This document shows, one piece after another, positions 63,515-64,000 of a stretch of DNA of 64,000 nucleotides. The stretch lies in contig NMRA01000179.1 in assembly GCA_002633005.1 (NCBI GenBank), positions 70,254-134,253 of the forward strand. Direction: 5' to 3'. The first letter of the stretch is position 1. The number at the start of each line of letters is the position of its first letter. Origin of the DNA: Phoronis australis (taxonomy: Eukaryota; Animalia; Phoronida). Under the pieces are notes generated by a model. It was not told the DNA's origin. It made no database searches and was given only the letters and a program-made list of their open reading frames with translations. The position numbers and the translations under genes are program-made.

Positions 63515-64000
63515 CTGAAAGACTGAGAAATGAATGAACTTTTTAGATGTTTAATAACAATTACTCTAAGCCGAGAGATACTTCGAACTAAGGTGCAGTT
63601 GGATGAATGTAAATACACTGTAGGACATGCCGCTGATACGTGGGTTCATTCACTACTAGAGGGCGTAATTGACGGGTGATGAAGTCTACAAAGGATTATT
63701 CTTTCCTTCTCTAAAATAAGTAGTTTTCAGGGAATTAAAAAATGGAAGTATCGGAGGAAGCCTGCGACGGACAAATTTTCATTTTCGAAAATAAATACAA
63801 AATTAAAGCAGAAGTGTACAATAAATAGCACCATTCGAAAGCTGACGAAAATGTGTTTTATTGCATTAATAATCGTTTCCAGAAATACCCTAGAATTTAC
63901 ACGGCAGTGCAAAATATGGTAAAAGGTGTCGAAAACGGGTACACTGATGCTATCTGGTTTAACTAAACAAAATTCGTTTTTAAGCGAAAGTATTGTGTCT

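Overview
Eukaryotic, intron-rich animal genomic DNA, most likely a marine invertebrate deuterostome (inference from composition, repeat types and protein similarity). The six-frame ORF track is largely noise, so genes were reconstructed by reading splice sites and exon phases. (1) 320-25571 (+): 25 phase-consistent coding exons (about 1035 aa) of a kinesin-4 KIF27/KIF7-type gene, from the end of the motor domain to the stop codon, followed by a probable long 3' UTR. (2) About 35.8-44.8 kb (-): a 4-exon gene not visible as a single ORF. It encodes a 104-aa secreted precursor (signal peptide, KR and RVKR sites) ending in a 44-residue Gly-extended, hence amidatable, peptide with CRH/DH44-like register and some PDF-type resemblance; a TATA/CRE/E-box promoter lies upstream. 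This is the most interesting item. (3) 58528-63514 (-): the 3' end of an unidentified multi-exon gene. (4) A decayed non-LTR retrotransposon, a three-copy TIR element family with perfect 5-bp TSDs, other MITE/Helentron-like/SINE-like fragments, tandem repeats, two assembly gaps, and a CpG-poor to CpG-normal transition near 30 kb. No database searches were run; family assignments rely on recalled motifs.
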